Positions 49,403 to 63,472 are shown, counted from the stretch's first letter. The stretch: 64,000 nt of DNA from Stegostoma tigrinum (GCF_030684315.1 NC_081363.1:86904184-86968183); one strand, 5' to 3'. Notes: generated from the letters alone by a model not told the origin. Numbers and translations: made by a program.

Positions 49403-52177
49403 GGATTCAGAACTGGCTGACCCTTAGAAGACAAAGGGTGGTAGTGGACGGAAAATATTTGACATGGTGCTCAGTTACGAGTGGTGTACCACAAGGTTTT
49501 TTTTGGGTCCTGTTCTGTTTGTGATTTTTGTAAATTATGTGAATGTAGGAGTGGAAGGGTGGATTAGTAAGTTCACGGACAATACATAGGTGAGTGGCGT
49601 TGTAGACAGTGCAGAGGGCTGTTCTAGGACACACAGAGACATTGACAAAATGCAGAGCTGGGCTGAGAAGTGGCAGATGGAGTTTAACCCTGAAAAGTGT
49701 GAGGTGATTCATTTTGGAAGGACAAAGTTGAAAGCAGAATACAGGGTTAACGGAAAGATTTTTGACAGTGTGGAGGGCCCAAGGGATCTTGGGGTTCATG
49801 TTCACAGTTCCTGAACGCTTCCACCCAGGTGTATAGAGTTTTTCAGAAGGTTTGAAGTTTTTAAGACGGATGTTGGGGTTAGGGATAGATGTTTGCTTAG
49901 TCTAGGTCAAGTTGACATAAGGAAGGAGGAAGTGTAAGGTATCCTAAAAGACATTAAGGCGGACAAGTCCCCAGGTCCGGATGGGATCTATCCCATGTTA
50001 CTGAGGGAAGCGAGAGAGGAAATAGCCGGGGTCCTAACAGATATCTTTGCAGTGTCCGTAGACACGGGTGAGGTCCCAGAGGCCTGGAGACTTGCTAATG
50101 TTGTCCCCTTTTTTAAAAAGGGCGGCAAGGGTAATCCAGATAATTATCGACCGGTGAGCCTGACGTCAGTGGTAGGGAAGCTACTGGAGAAGATACTGAG
50201 GGATAGGATCTATTCCCATTTGGAAGAGAATGGGCTTATCAGTGATAGGCAACATGGTTTTGTACAGGGAAGGTCATGTCTTACCAACTTAATAGAATTC
50301 TTGGAGGACATGACAAAGTTGATTGAGGGAAAGGCTGTAGATGTCATATACATGGACTTCAGTAAGGCATTTGATTAGGTTCCCCATGGCAGGCTGATGG
50401 AGAAAGTGAAGTCACATGGGGTCCAGGGTGTGCTAGCTGGATGGATAAAAAACTGGCTGGGCACAGGAGACAGAGGGTAGTAGTAGAAGGGAGTTTCTCA
50501 AATTGGAGACCTGTAACCAGTGGTGTTCCACAGGGATCTGTGCTGGGACCACTGTTGTTTGTGATATATGTAAATGAACTGGAGGAAGGTGTAGGTGGTC
50601 TGATCAGCAAGTTTGCTGATGACACTAAGATTGTTGGAGTAGCTGATAGTGAAGGGGACTGTCAGAGATTACAGCAGAATATAGACAGACTGGGGAGTTG
50701 GGAAGATAAATGGCAGATGGAATTCAATCTGGGCAAATGCAAGGTGATGCATTTTAGAAGATCAAATTCAAGGGTGAACTATACAGTAAATGGAAACGTC
50801 CTAGGGAAAATTGATGAACAGAGAGATCTGGGTGTTCGGGTCCATTGTTCCCTGAAGGTGACAATGCAGGTCAATAGGATGGTCAAGAAGGCATATGGCA
50901 TGCTTTCCTTCATTGGACAGGGTATTGAGTACAAGATTTGGCAGGTCATGTTGCAGTTGTATAGGACTTTGGTTCGGTCACATTTGGAGTACTGTGTACA
51001 GTTCTGGTCGCCACATTACCGAAAGGATGTGGATGCTTTGGAGAGGGTGCAGAGGAGGTTCACCAGGATGTTGCCTGGTATGGAGGGTAATAGCTATGAA
51101 GAGAGGTTGAGTAGATTAGGATTCTTTTCATTAGAAAAATGGAGATTGAGGGGGAACCTGATTTGAGGTCTACAAAATCATGAGGGGTATTGACAGGGTG
51201 GATAGCAAAAAGCTTTTTCCCCAGAGTGGGGGACTCAGTTACTAGGGGTGATGAGTTCAAAGTGAGAGGAGGAAAGTTTAAGGGAGATATGCGTTATGAG
51301 AGTGTTCTTTACACAGAGGATGGTGGGTGCCTGGAACGCGTTGCCAGCGGAGGTGGTAGACGCAGACACGTTAGCGTCTTTTAAGATACATTTGGACAGG
51401 TACATGGATGGGCAGGGAGCAAATGGACACAGACCGTTAGAAAATAGATGACAAGTTAGACAGAGGATCTTGATCGGCGCAGGCTTGGAGGGCCGAAGGG
51501 CCTGTTCCTGTGCTGTAGGTTTCTTTGTTTCTCTGTTTCCCCTTGTTTCTTTGTTTAAGATGTGTTAGCTTTCGTTAATTGAGGGATTGAGTTCAAGAGC
51601 TGTGAAGTTATGTACCAGCTATACAAAAGCCTGTTTCGGCCACATCTGGAGTACTGTGTCTAGTTCTGGCCACCTCATTACAGGAAAGATGTAGAGGCAT
51701 TAGAAAAGGTGCAGAGGAGATTTACCAGGATGTTGCCTGGAATTGAGGGAGCGTCTCACGAGGGAAGGTTGAGAGCGCTCGGGCTTTTCTCTTGAGAACG
51801 ACTGGATGAGAGGTGACTTGATAGAGGTGTACAAAATGATCAGAGGTATAGATAGAGTGGACAGCCAGGGCCTTTTTCCTAGGGTGGAGGTGGCTATTAT
51901 TAGGGGGCATAGTATTAAAGTGAGTGGAGGTAGATATAGGGGAGACGTCAGATGTAGGCTCTTCACTCGAGAGTGGTAGGAGCGTGGAATGCATTGCCGG
52001 AAAGGTAAGTGGAGTCTGCCTCATTAGGGGCATTTAAGTGGCTAATTAGATAGGCACGTGGATGATAATATACGGTTGGGGTGGAGGTTAGATTGACCTT
52101 AGAGTTCGGGTAAAAGTTGGGCGCAACGTTGTGGGCCGAAGTCTGTACTGTTCTATGTTCAATGTCCTGTACTATGT
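49403..52177 (+). mobile_element. CR1 (outer; 49403-49850 and 51557-52177)
   Basis: ORF 49590..49814 WAEKWQMEFNPEKCEV. Collinear continuation after 51556 (LAF.N.GIEFKS...RPHLEYCV.FWPPH). Confidence 0.88.
49853..51556 (+). mobile_element. Young CR1 (inner), 1.7 kb of ORF2 RT + 3' UTR
   Basis: ORFs 49995..50378 and 50441..51166 (NYRPVSLTS, GVPQGSVLGPLLF, FADDTK); (tttctttg)n end. Confidence 0.95.
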
Positions 52178-52824
52178 AAACTTTTTGAACCACCTGAAAA
52201 GAATGGGTTTTACTCTTAACGTAGCTGTGGACTTTCCATTAGTGAGCAATTATGGGTTTTGCTCAGTTTTTAAATCAATGTCACCTTTGTCAATGAAATG
52301 TACTGTGATTTAGTGAGTATGGCAATGCGTACATTTAATTAAACATCTTCCAAAGTCAGTACTGTTTAGCGTTAGGAAACCCTTAATGTACAAAAATAAA
52401 CGTCCTTCACAAATCTGTCATCGTCATTGCTAACTATATTGTATGTATCTTATTGGGCCTTAAGTCCCGTAAACTACTATCTTTTCTGTGCTTGAATTAA
52501 GTGGATTATCTTGTATTTTAGATATCTTACTTTCAAAATCCTGCATGAGAAAAGGAATAGAGCCAGACTGTTGGGGAGGAGTCATATGAATGTACCAAAT
52601 AAGTTAAAATGCTAGGAATATCAAAATTAAAATGGCAAAACAGTAGTTAAACAGTAGTAGTAGTAGTTAGAAGGCTGCTGGACTATAGTTGGTGTAGAAT
52701 ATCAGTGTGATCATGGAAAGACAGTTCGCACTTTTGGATAATTATTGGAAATTGAGGTACGTTTTTACATGGAAAGTGGCTAAAGTAACAAACTTAAGAT
52801 GAAGAAACAGGCGTGTTATTGTGA

Positions 52825-53121
52825 TGGCCTGGATTCGATTCCACCATTATGCATGGAGTCTGCGCGTTCTCCCATTTTTGTGTGGGTTTCATCCAGGTGC
52901 TCCAACTGCCCAAAGATGGGCCACATTGAATTGGTGGATAGGCCATGCTAAATTGCCCATAGTATTTAGAGATGTGCAGGCTAGGTGGGTTAGCCATAGG
53001 AAATGCAGGGTTATGGCGATGGGGTGGGTCTGGTGGGACGCACTTGAGAGGGCTGGTGTGTACTCAATGGGCCAAAACGCCTGCTTCCACGCTGGTGAGA
53101 TTCAATGATGATTCTATGATT
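52825..53121 (+). mobile_element. HE1/V-SINE-like element
   Basis: ggattcgattcc B-box, V-domain and CR1-type tail. Confidence 0.8.
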
Positions 53122-53214
53122 AACAGTTTTACGCTTCCCAAAAGAAATGTTGCTCACATGTGGCCCTGTTTGCTTCCTTGCAATCGTTTGTAAATTTGTA
53201 CAATTTGTGGCGAA

Positions 53215-53570
53215 CCCTGGTTGTGATGTGGAAATACGGCAATCAATTTACCGCCAGCTGTCACCAAAGAGCTATGTGATTTTAACTAGAGAAGCTTTTT
53301 AAAGGCTGAATGATTAACATTGGGCCGGTTGGAGGAAGAACTGCACCCCTCTTGTAGAAAGTGTCATAATATCTTTTACCTGGCCAACCCCTCCAACCTG
53401 CACAAAGAACAATTAAATCCAACATTCAAAACTCATCACGTCCATCAATGCGACACTCCTTTAGTACTGGCAGTACAGGAGTGTCAACCAATGTAACTTG
53501 GGTTCCTGAAGACTAGCTTCAATCTAGACATTTTTTGAATGGGATATGTCAACCACTGGTGTGACACCTT
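53215..53570 (-). mobile_element. DeuSINE-like (SacSINE1/AmnSINE1-related) old SINE; tail pieces also at ~13765-13915 (-) and ~17745-17835 (+)
   Basis: - strand cagtactaaaggagtgtcgcattg...gatgag...gtaaaagatattatgacact...aagagg resembles the Deu domain. Confidence 0.55.
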
Positions 53571-53742
53571 TTATCATGAGAAACTAAATAGAAGAGCCAC
53601 TAGCTATTATAAAATAAACACGTATAAGCACCCTTTTGTTTGTTAATGTTACTTAACTTACTGAATTATTAAGTAGGCTGTCGCCTGTTGTTAGTTGATG
53701 TAGCGCAGACACTGTAGCTGAAATTGATCTTAGCATTGTTAA

Positions 53743-54018
<276 letters not shown>

Positions 54019-54339
54019 TGAAGAATAACACTGATTCCTGTGGCCTGCAGTGTTTTATTTGCTCGAATAGTAAATATCAATGTCTTCTCCTGAGCCCAGC
54101 TGTGATCAGGAACTTGCCACGAGCCAGCTCCCCATGTATGCTGTGTAGCGAATGTGTAAACTATTCATGAAGCCTGTCAGCACAATTTTGCTACCTATAT
54201 GGCAGAGTGGAAATTTTCCGGCTCTCGCGCTCTCGCTCTCTTCATAAAAAAAATGAATAAGTGGAGACATAATGTTCTATTATACCACGTTGACATGTGT
54301 TCGTATAATTGGAGACTGCATCACTTAACCATTAGGGTT

Positions 54340-54715
54340 TTCTTTTAATTCACTCTTGGGCTGTGGGTGTCGCTGGCTCAGTCAACATTTATTGCCCATT
54401 CCTAGCTGCCTTTCAGAAGGTGCTGGTAAGCCGTTGTCTTGAGCCGCTGCAGCCCATGTGTTGTAAGTTGACCCACAATACCCTTAGGGAGAGAACTTAC
54501 GGAGTTTGATCCAGCAACAGTGAAGGTATGGCGATATACTTCCAAATCAGGATGGTGAGTATCTTGGAGGGGAACTTGGAGGTGGTGTCCCCATATTTCT
54601 GCTATCGTTGTCCTCCTAGATGGAAGTGATTGCGTGTTTGGAAGGTGCTGTTTAAGGATGTTTGGTGAATTTATGCAATGCATCTTGTAGATACCTCACT
54701 ATTGCTACTGAGCAT
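54340..54715 (-). mobile_element. L2-type LINE 3' end
   Basis: ORF 54402..54683 (LKQHLPN...FTVAGS.S..SLP...GLQRLK..A.QHLLK); tail shared with the SINE at 35275. Confidence 0.75.
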
Positions 54716-54769
54716 CAATTCTGGAAGGATTGGATCTGGTGCGAACCAAGGGGGCTGCTTTGCCCTAAA

Positions 54770-55025
54770 TGTGCTTCCAGGGAATTCCTAGAAGCCTGGT
54801 ACTCCACTAAGAAAGCTATCAAGAAACACACAGAGCTAGACTCCATATTCACCCCATTGCGAAAGAAAACCGGGAGTGAGGTAGTCCGGTTCAATGGACA
54901 CCAGAGTTTAAATAACAGGCGGGGAAACACAGCAGCACTCATCGGAAGCTGCACTGATGATGTTACCTAGCAGGGTAATGAAATGCCTGTGGAACAATGA
55001 ACCAGCTCGGCGAACCAACTGATCA
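54770..55025 (+). mobile_element. Penelope (Poseidon-like) 3' end, family 4, with CpG-decayed HHR at 54951-54991
   Basis: ORF 54662..54970 contains REFLEAWYS...KHTELDSIFTPL, a GIY-YIG C-terminus. It is followed by gca-CTGATGA-T-GTTACC(TAGCAG)GGTAAT-GAAA-TGCC-tgt. Confidence 0.72.
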
Positions 55026-56601
55026 CTAGTTTCAAAAAGAGGCAGATGTATCATTCTGTACTCTTCCATTATAAGGAGTTGTTTGAGAATCCTTAGCTAG
55101 GGAGCTATGGCTGCTTTTCAAATAGTACAAGACACGTATTTGTCCATTTTCTGTTGCAGGTTGACAAAAGTATTGGTCAAAAGGTGTTCCAATTTACAAT
55201 CCATCAAATCTCACTTAGATTCTCTAATGTAGAATTAATAAAATGTGGACCTAAAAAGACCAGTAATGTTGTTGGGTCTTTCAGGCCAGTGCGAGGGACC
55301 CCATCTCTTTTGAATTTAGTTTCAATTACAAGGCTTGCTGAATTGAGTTATATTAGGAAGATGTTCCTTGTTCAAGACTAATGACTCAGCAGTACCTCTA
55401 ATGAGTTTACCTATAAATTGCACAAAATCTCCACACATTCTCTCTCATACGGGCATTTTCTATCTCTCTTGTGTGCGTGTGCTTTCTCTCTCTTGCCCAC
55501 ATGCTCTGCCCCAAGGGTGTGGGAGTTCTGCTCTTCTCTGTCCTTCTCACTTTCTGTTGTTCTGCCACTGTGTTTTGTAATAGCTGTCACCTCAAGTCTA
55601 AGATACCTAATTGATTAAGATAAGATAGCGTATCTTTTTGTAGTATCTGAATAATTCTACTAATAGCATCCTGTTTGGCCACTGAGTGTTTTTAGTAAAA
55701 CAAATCTTTAAGACCTTGGAAAATAACTAAGCTATTGCGCAGGTCCTCGGCCCCTATAAGGGGCAGGTTGTAGAGTGATAAAATAATAGACAATTCTGAT
55801 GATGGCAATACCCAAATAAAGCATGATTTTCCACAGCTTAGCAGGATTGGCCAAACTCTTACAATTCGGAATGCTATTAATCAATGTGTCAAAACCCTGC
55901 TATGTAACAGAGTTGAGTTTTTATTTGCAATAATTAAGATGTTATTTTCAAAATTATGCCTTTTACTGCAGTGGTGTGATGATAATGTTTGTAAATAAGT
56001 GTCTGCTGCTCCGTGGAGAAAAATAAGCTGGGAAGATCTGTTTTACAAAATAACTTGGCATCACTATTCATTTCAATTCAAATAAAGTACGCCTGTGAAA
56101 TATTGAATGTGGTACAGTGCTATAGAAGGGTGTAAACCCAAAATTCAACAAACACCTTTCACTATTTTCTTCCTCGTCAGTAGTTTTGATCTCTCTGGTT
56201 GTTTTGATCTCTTACTTAAGGGTTTGGTATGTCTATGGATTATTTTTGTAGTATTTGAAAACATTTAAAACCATGCATGTAAACTTTTCAGAGGAAATAT
56301 AGACTATTTATTATTGACCATTTATTTGCATTTATTCAGTAAACTTATGATTCATTAATGATACTTCAGAGTGCCATGTTTTTGTCATTCATTCCAAAAT
56401 GTATGTCTTGCAAAGCTGAAAAACAATAAAATATGTCAAATTCCATGTTGCCATCAACACTGATTTCCTGGCGGTATTCTCAACTTGAAGATCAAAACTC
56501 ACTTGAGCTTCACTGCAAGAGTTCTGAAATTTTAAGATCATTGGTTCTAATCACAGTCAGTTATTATCTTTTCTGTCACCATCCCAGAGCCCTGTGTCTG
56601 A

Positions 56602-56823
<222 letters not shown>

Positions 56824-58413
56824 TGAGTAGGATACCGCTGGAAAATTGTTCTAAGCCTAAGGCGATATTTGAGAATTTCAATCTGTTGAAGGTATATCTC
56901 TCAATATAGCAGTGTTCCCAACTAAGCACTGTTTAGTCATTTGAACAATGCTCAAAGTCTTCTTGTGGATCACAGCCCTGAAGAACAAATGGGTTCACCA
57001 TGGTGTGTTAAGTGCAGCAATACCTGCTGGTTAAAGACCTAGAATCGATCTAATACTTGGGATTCAGTTGCCAACCGATTATTTGGAATGGCTGCAGGGC
57101 GAGCTATCTCACAAGACACCATGTGAGATGCATACCACTTGTTTGTGTTTACAGTGAAAGTTGGTGTCTAATCTTGCTCAAATCAGTCTTTGCAGTTGAA
57201 GCTAATAAATTTGCCCAGAAATAGTGAAACGTAATGAAAACATCAGTATAAATATTCAGAAAGGAATAAAGATTAAATCTGTTTGCAGAATTTTAAGTTG
57301 TTCCATATCTCTACAAGCTCCATTATCAATTACACTGTGAGACAATGTTCTTGCTTCATTTTCCCAGTACGTAGGTGAAATTATGTCATTACCCATTAAA
57401 TTAAGTACAAATTCCAAAAATGGAAACCGTGAACTTGAACCTAACAAAAATTATTGGGCAAAGTCTGAAGCACATATCCGAGACAAAATTCCCTAAATAA
57501 AGCTTGGGTAAGAGGCACAACAGTAAATTATTTATCGTAGAATCACTTGATCAGACATTTGTGACTGACCCATGTTTTAACTATATATAATCTATTTAGT
57601 CCCAGGACAAATTTAGTCTGAGAATCAAACAATCTGCTTAACTGTGGAGGGACAGTTGATCTCTATCCTACCATCTTATTTGGTTTACTGAACAAAAACA
57701 GTGTCCATCTTAACTTGTTTTTGAAATAGCTATGTTAATGATGTGTGTCTGAAGCCACACACATTTAAAACAAAGTCTAAAGAGGACAAAAAGTCCAGCC
57801 TTTATATCAGGCGACCACTCTAACTTTAGTACCATATGCTGTGTTTATCTTCCAAGTAAGTTTTAGAAACTTAGTAATTTTAGTTAGGCCTTGAAAGGTT
57901 TCTATTTAATGTTTTAAAAAAAAACATTTCAATGATCTTGTGTGTCCAACATGCATTTTCTTGCTGATTCTTATATCTTCTTAATTCCTTTCCAGATTCA
58001 AAATTGTAGAACTCCTGGCCTTTTCATTCTTCCATCTCTTACTGTTTCTAAGATCAAATCTTAGCAATGTTTAACTACTTCATGAGTTAAAATGCCATTC
58101 AGGCTCTACATCCAGGACTATCCCTTAAATATGTTGATGCTCCCTGGCAGTGATGTGTTAAATTTGATGGAATAGATGTCTATAGTACTATGTTTAGCTT
58201 GCTAGATATGGTGCAAGTTTTCTTGGGATTCATGATACTAGGGGCAGGTCATGGAATGATTGCTATTAAATGATGGTTTAGGTCAGAAGCTATGGAATAA
58301 ATTTATTGATGATAATAATAGGTACACAGTAATGAGATAATACTGATTACAGTAGTTTAAGAAACTTGACTTAAATTATCCTAATAGGAAAGTAACAAAT
58401 TGTGTGATCCCTG

Positions 58414-58634
58414 TGAAATAACTCCACAGAGGCTGGTATTCCATCATCTTTATTTACATGTGGAGAATCCTTGTCACTGATCGAGCTTTCTCAGAACCAG
58501 TTCATGGAATGGACAGGATATTTGACACTCTTGTTCTTATCTGTCAGCCAGGGAGCCCTGCCTAGACCAGGTTAACAGCCCAATTAGGGATCTATTCTAA
58601 GCTCCACCTGGCATACCTTGCTACAATCATCTCA
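58414..58634 (-). mobile_element. Solo LTR (copy 2)
   Basis: tgaaataactccacagagg...tttattta...tgtcagccagg...caatcatctca; same layout as 31277-31508. Confidence 0.65.
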
Positions 58635-58894
58635 CTGCATAAATTCTCTTGGTAAGATGAAACCTGGATCAGTCTGCAACACAAGCTGTATTCCAGCTAT
58701 TCTCGGATTAATGTAGTTTCCAAGCTTCATCTGATGACCTCAGAACTGAATAATACTTTCTGATGTATACTTTTCTTCATTCTTCTTCAGCAGCAAAAGC
58801 AATCAAATATACTTTTATTTTAAAAGACTCAAATGCAGCTGAAATTTGTAAATGGAATCAAAGACAAAAGGAATGTTGGGAACTGTGCGCTGGA

Positions 58895-59168
58895 GTGATG
58901 TCCAATTACGTCTAGCTTGATGATATTCTGCACCTTGGGTGAGGGTGACTGACACTTAATGATGTCCTGCACCCTTTGGATGGGCGCATCATGGTTCATT
59001 GACTATCTACACATTTTGTGATACAAGTGACCTGGGCTGAATGATGTTTCTCACTTTAGCGTGGGGGCAGCCTAGTTTGAAGATGTTCTTTACCTTGCGG
59101 GGAGCAACCTGGCTCTATGATGATCTGCACACAGAGTGAGGAGAGCCTGGGCTCAGTGATGTTCTCAA
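58895..59168. repeat. Degenerate ~39-bp tandem array (about 7 units)
   Basis: Units begin at 58920, 58959, 58999, 59041, 59080, 59117 and 59156 with consensus ATGATGTTCTGCAC.TT.G.GTG.GG...CCTGG.T.. Confidence 0.75.
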
Positions 59169-59624
59169 TGCAGTTGTCCTTTGTTTCTTGTTTCACAAGT
59201 CAGTTGGTCGAGTGTTAATTGCCAAAAAGAATTTTAACATATTTGAATTACAATTAGTACTACTAACAAAATTGACATGAAATAAATAGAGTCATATATA
59301 GCATGGAAACAGACCCTTCAGTCCAACGAGTCCATGCCAACCATAATCCCAAACTAATCTTAAAGCTCATTGTAAGTTATTGCAGTAAGAATTTTGCAAT
59401 AGTAATTTTGTGTTGATGACCTTGCAGAAAGAGCAGTCTTCAGTCACATAAATTGGAGTGATCTTGATTGTTTGCAAAAAGTGATATTTGGAACCTCTGG
59501 TTATGGAAACAAGGGAAAGGGCAAAGTCTTTTACTGGGGCTGACTCCAGTGCTGTCCTTGGCACTCTTTCACCTAACGCTTCATAAACTTGGTCATCCAA
59601 AACTCAGCTGCTTTACATTGAAAC

Positions 59625-60210
59625 AGAAAATAGGAACAGGAAGAGCCTCCTCTGTCATTCAAATCAGTAGCCTGTTCTTGCCTTTTCCCGCATCTTTTGA
59701 TTCCCTTCAGCCCCAAGTGCTTGAATGCTTCAGTCCCAAGTTCAACTCCTTGAAATTATACAGTGTTTTGGTCTCAACTGCTTTCTGTGCTTTCTAATCC
59801 CACAGCTTCACCAGTCTTTAGGTGAAGAAATTTATCCTTGTTTCAGCCCTTCACCCTTAGACAGTGACCCTTGTTTCTGGATTGTTGGGGATATCCATTC
59901 TGCATTACCCTGTCTAATCCTATTAGAATTCAGTGGGTTCTATGAGATTCCCCGAATTCTGCTGAACTGCAGCAAATATAATCCTAACTAACTCAACCTC
60001 CCCTCATGTCAGTCCTGCCATCCGAGGAATCAGTTTGGTGCATGTTCACTGCACTCGCTCTGTAGCAAGAACAGACAAATTCCAGGTATGGTTTTACCAA
60101 TGCCCTGTGTAACTGCAGTAAGACATCCTTGTGTACTCCAATCTCTTGCTTTAAAGGCCAGCAGACCATTTGTCTTGACTGCCTACTAGATCTACGTGCT
60201 TAACTGCATG
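59625..60210 (-). mobile_element. Old CR1 3' portion (short CR1 tail also at 59286-59360)
   Basis: gaaaataggaacagg 3' UTR; - strand EFSRIRGNLIET...DRV, LVKPYLE remnants. Confidence 0.75.
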
Positions 60211-62165
60211 ACCTCATGAACTCCCATTCACTATTGATAGCTGACCTAAATTGTTTCATGATCTGATATTGCATGATTTTAACAATTGTTGCTTTTACAT
60301 CTCTCCTTACCCTCCTCATCTTTGATTTTTCTCCAGCCCTGAAACTCATCTAGTTTCTTTCACTCCTCTAATTCAGATCATCTCCACATCTCCAGTTTTA
60401 ATTGTGCCATCATTGATAGTCATGCTTTAACTGCCTAGGCTTGAAACTCTGGAATTCTCTTTGTAAATCTCGTTGCTTCTCTTCTATCCTGTCATTTAAG
60501 ACCCTTCTTAAAACCTACTTCTATGGCCAAATCTTTGGTTGTCTTTTCCTAATAAAGTGATTTGATGTCAGGTTTAGTTTGCTAACTCCTTTTGAAGTGT
60601 TTTGGGATAATGTAAATGTAGCACCTGTAGGTGGCAACAGATAGAAATAAAAGATAAGTGCAAACAAAGAAACTTTAAACAAAAGATAATATAGATTGGG
60701 AGTGGAGCAAAGGAGGAGGATAGACTTAAAATTGGGAGATGGAATGAACCAGAATCAATAAAAAAGGAAAATAAAAAGTTTTTAAACATTAAAGAATTTT
60801 TTATTTTTCTATTACAGAGAGAAAGCAACAGAAAGAAAGAAACTCAGACACAGTATATGGGATCTGCACAGACAGGCTTCACTGTGGACTGGGGGCTAGT
60901 CGAACTTGCTTTAAACTCAGAATTAGGAAAGCTGACGTGAAACTTTAAGTAAAAGGATCACTTTGGAGCCCTGATGAAGTATATTCTCTGGTGGAAATGC
61001 CTAATTGAAATGGGGTGTTACAGAACAGCTGGTGTTCAACTTTCAAAGTACACAAATAAAATGTTTACCATTAACAAATTTAATAAGGTTTATCTTATTT
61101 CATTTGTTAAATAGCAAAAAAATGAAAGAATACGTAAAATATGACCCTGAGCACAATCGGGGCAAAATATCATTTTCCCACTTGTGAAAGGGGTGTAAGA
61201 CAAATTTTATTTAAATATGTACATGTTGATTTTTAAGTCAAGCTGCACCACCCCTTGTCATTCCAAACATCATCAAAGACAAAAAACACTTTGTTACTAG
61301 TTGCATTCCCTGAATAGCTCTGCAGCAGCTTAGTGTTATAATGCCAGTTATACAGCTGATCATTTGCTATTGCCGTTTCAGGAAGTAACATTAAGAATCT
61401 AAAGGAAGAAGAAAGCATTCAGATTACTGAGCACTTCTATTATCTATATGCTGTGGCAAATCACATTGAGAGAGTACAGAATATCCAAAGGAGTTTTGAA
61501 GGCAGGGCTTCCCAAAGTAAGATTGGGACCCCAAGTACGTTGTGAACTAAAACTTTGGGGGCACGAAGTCTGAGCGAACAAAGGCCGCAGTGGCGTTCGT
61601 CCCATTCCCTCAAGGTGTTTTCTTGTCTGCACCTTGCTCTCATATGCCTTCTCCCCACCCACCTCTGATGTGCAAGTTCACTGAGGGGCCGCAATAATTT
61701 TTGAACCTTTAAATGGGGTCACAATGGGAAAAAGTTAGGCAACACTTCTAAAGGATGTGAAGTAAAAGATAAACTGAACCAAAGGAACATAGGAATGAGA
61801 AAATGAGACTTAGTCTGGAATAGAATAATATTAACGATGTTTTGAATGAGTTGAAGTTTATACAAGTTGGGGGCTCTATCTACAGAGCATAAAGAGTGGT
61901 TTAGTGTGAATGTTATGTGTAATTTTTTAAACCAAGTAAGATGAATACCATAGCCTATAAGGTATTTATAATGCATTCTTGTTTTTGAACTAGTAATCCA
62001 GAAGCCCAGATTAATGTTCTCGAGACAGAGTTCAAATCCCACCATTGAAATTGGGGAATTTAAATTCAATTAAAATCTGGAATGGCAAAAAAATCAAATT
62101 GGTGTTAGTAATGCTGACCATAAAACTACAACAGTGTCCTAAAACTATTTGGTTCATGCTTTAGG

Positions 62166-62601
62166 GAAGGAAGGTTGAATAGATTTAGGATTATTTTCAT
62201 TAGAAAGACGGTGATTGAGGGGGGGGGACCTGATTGAGGTCTACAAAATCGTGAGGGGTATAGACAGGGTGGATAGCAAAAAGCTTTTTCCCAGAGTGGG
62301 GGACTCAATTACTAGGGGTCATGAATTCAAAGTGAGAGGAGGAAAGTTTAAGGGAGATATGCGTGGAAAGTACTTTATGCCGAGGGTGGTGGGTGCCTGG
62401 AACGCGTTGCCAGTGGAGGTGGTAGACGCAGACACGTTAGTGTCTTTTAAGATATATTTGGATAGGTACATGGATGGGCAGGGAGCAAATGGACACAGAC
62501 CGTTAGAAAATAGATGACAGGTTAGACAGAGGATCTCTATCAGCGCAGGCTTGGAGGGCCGCAGGGCCTGTTCCTGTGCTGTAGGTTTCTTTGTTTCTTT
62601 G
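62166..62601 (+). mobile_element. Young CR1 3' end
   Basis: ORF 62215..62517 GDLIEVYKIVRGIDRVDS...; nearly identical to 51100-51530. Confidence 0.92.
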
Positions 62602-63177
62602 AATCCTGAAAATAATTTTTAAAAAATTAATCACAAATTGAATTATGTAATTTTGGTATTTAGTGACGTCATGACAATTTAGTAGTTTGGGAGTTAGTGA
62701 AGTGCAATAGGTGGGGAATTTTGGGTCATGAGCACAAGTTGATAAAAGCCTGTATTTCTAAAGTACTGACTTTATTTTTGCAGGACGTGTCAGTCACTGT
62801 TATTTTCAGGAATAAATAAATGTCTGCCAAGTGTGTGCCCGAAAGCTTTAAAAGTACGGAGAACTGGGATGAAAGGCTGAAGATTAAATGAAGGAATAGG
62901 TTTTTTAAATCATTGCTCGATCGTGGCAAGCTAGAACATTCAAGGAATAGATAATTTGGTAGTAGTTTCTGGGACTGAGCTGTGTGCTGCCTAAGTAGAA
63001 TTAAATTTTCAGAGCTGATTTGTTGCCTACGTAATCTGCAGGACAGAGATTGTTAGCTCATGGCCGAATTTCAAATTGGCCCATTTTTGCATTGTTGGAG
63101 TGATTTGGATTGTTAGGGCTCCAAATAGAGATTGCTCATGGGCATGTTATTGAGATCTATGATTTCACAATACATTT

Positions 63178-63472
63178 ATCTCACAGCACCAGGAACCTGG
63201 GTACGATTCCACCCACAGGTGACTGTGTGGTGTTTGCACGTTGTCCCCAAGTCTGTGGGATTCCACCAGGAGCTCCAGTTTCCTCCCACAGGCCAAAGAT
63301 ATGCAGGCTAGGTGGATTGGCTGTGCTAAATTGCCCCAAATGTTCAGGGTTGTGCAGATTAGGTGTATTAGCCATAGGAAATGCAGGGTTACAGTGATAG
63401 GGAAGTGGAATGGGTTGCTGTGAACTTGTTGGACCGAAGGGCCTGTTTCCACACTAGGGATTCTATGATTCT
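63178..63472 (+). mobile_element. HE1/V-SINE-like element
   Basis: ctcacagcaccaggaacctgggtacgattcc...gggcctgtttccacactagggattctatgatt. Confidence 0.85.

Noticed and set aside
50441-51166. 241-aa RT ORF as a functional or domesticated gene
   Set aside because: It is part of a 5'-truncated CR1 with a stop at 50376-50378 and frameshifts.
58895-59168. CRISPR array or C/D snoRNA cluster
   Set aside because: Vertebrate context, degenerate repeats, mutually similar 'spacers', no cas genes. Only one full RUGAUGA, and no proper D box with terminal stem.
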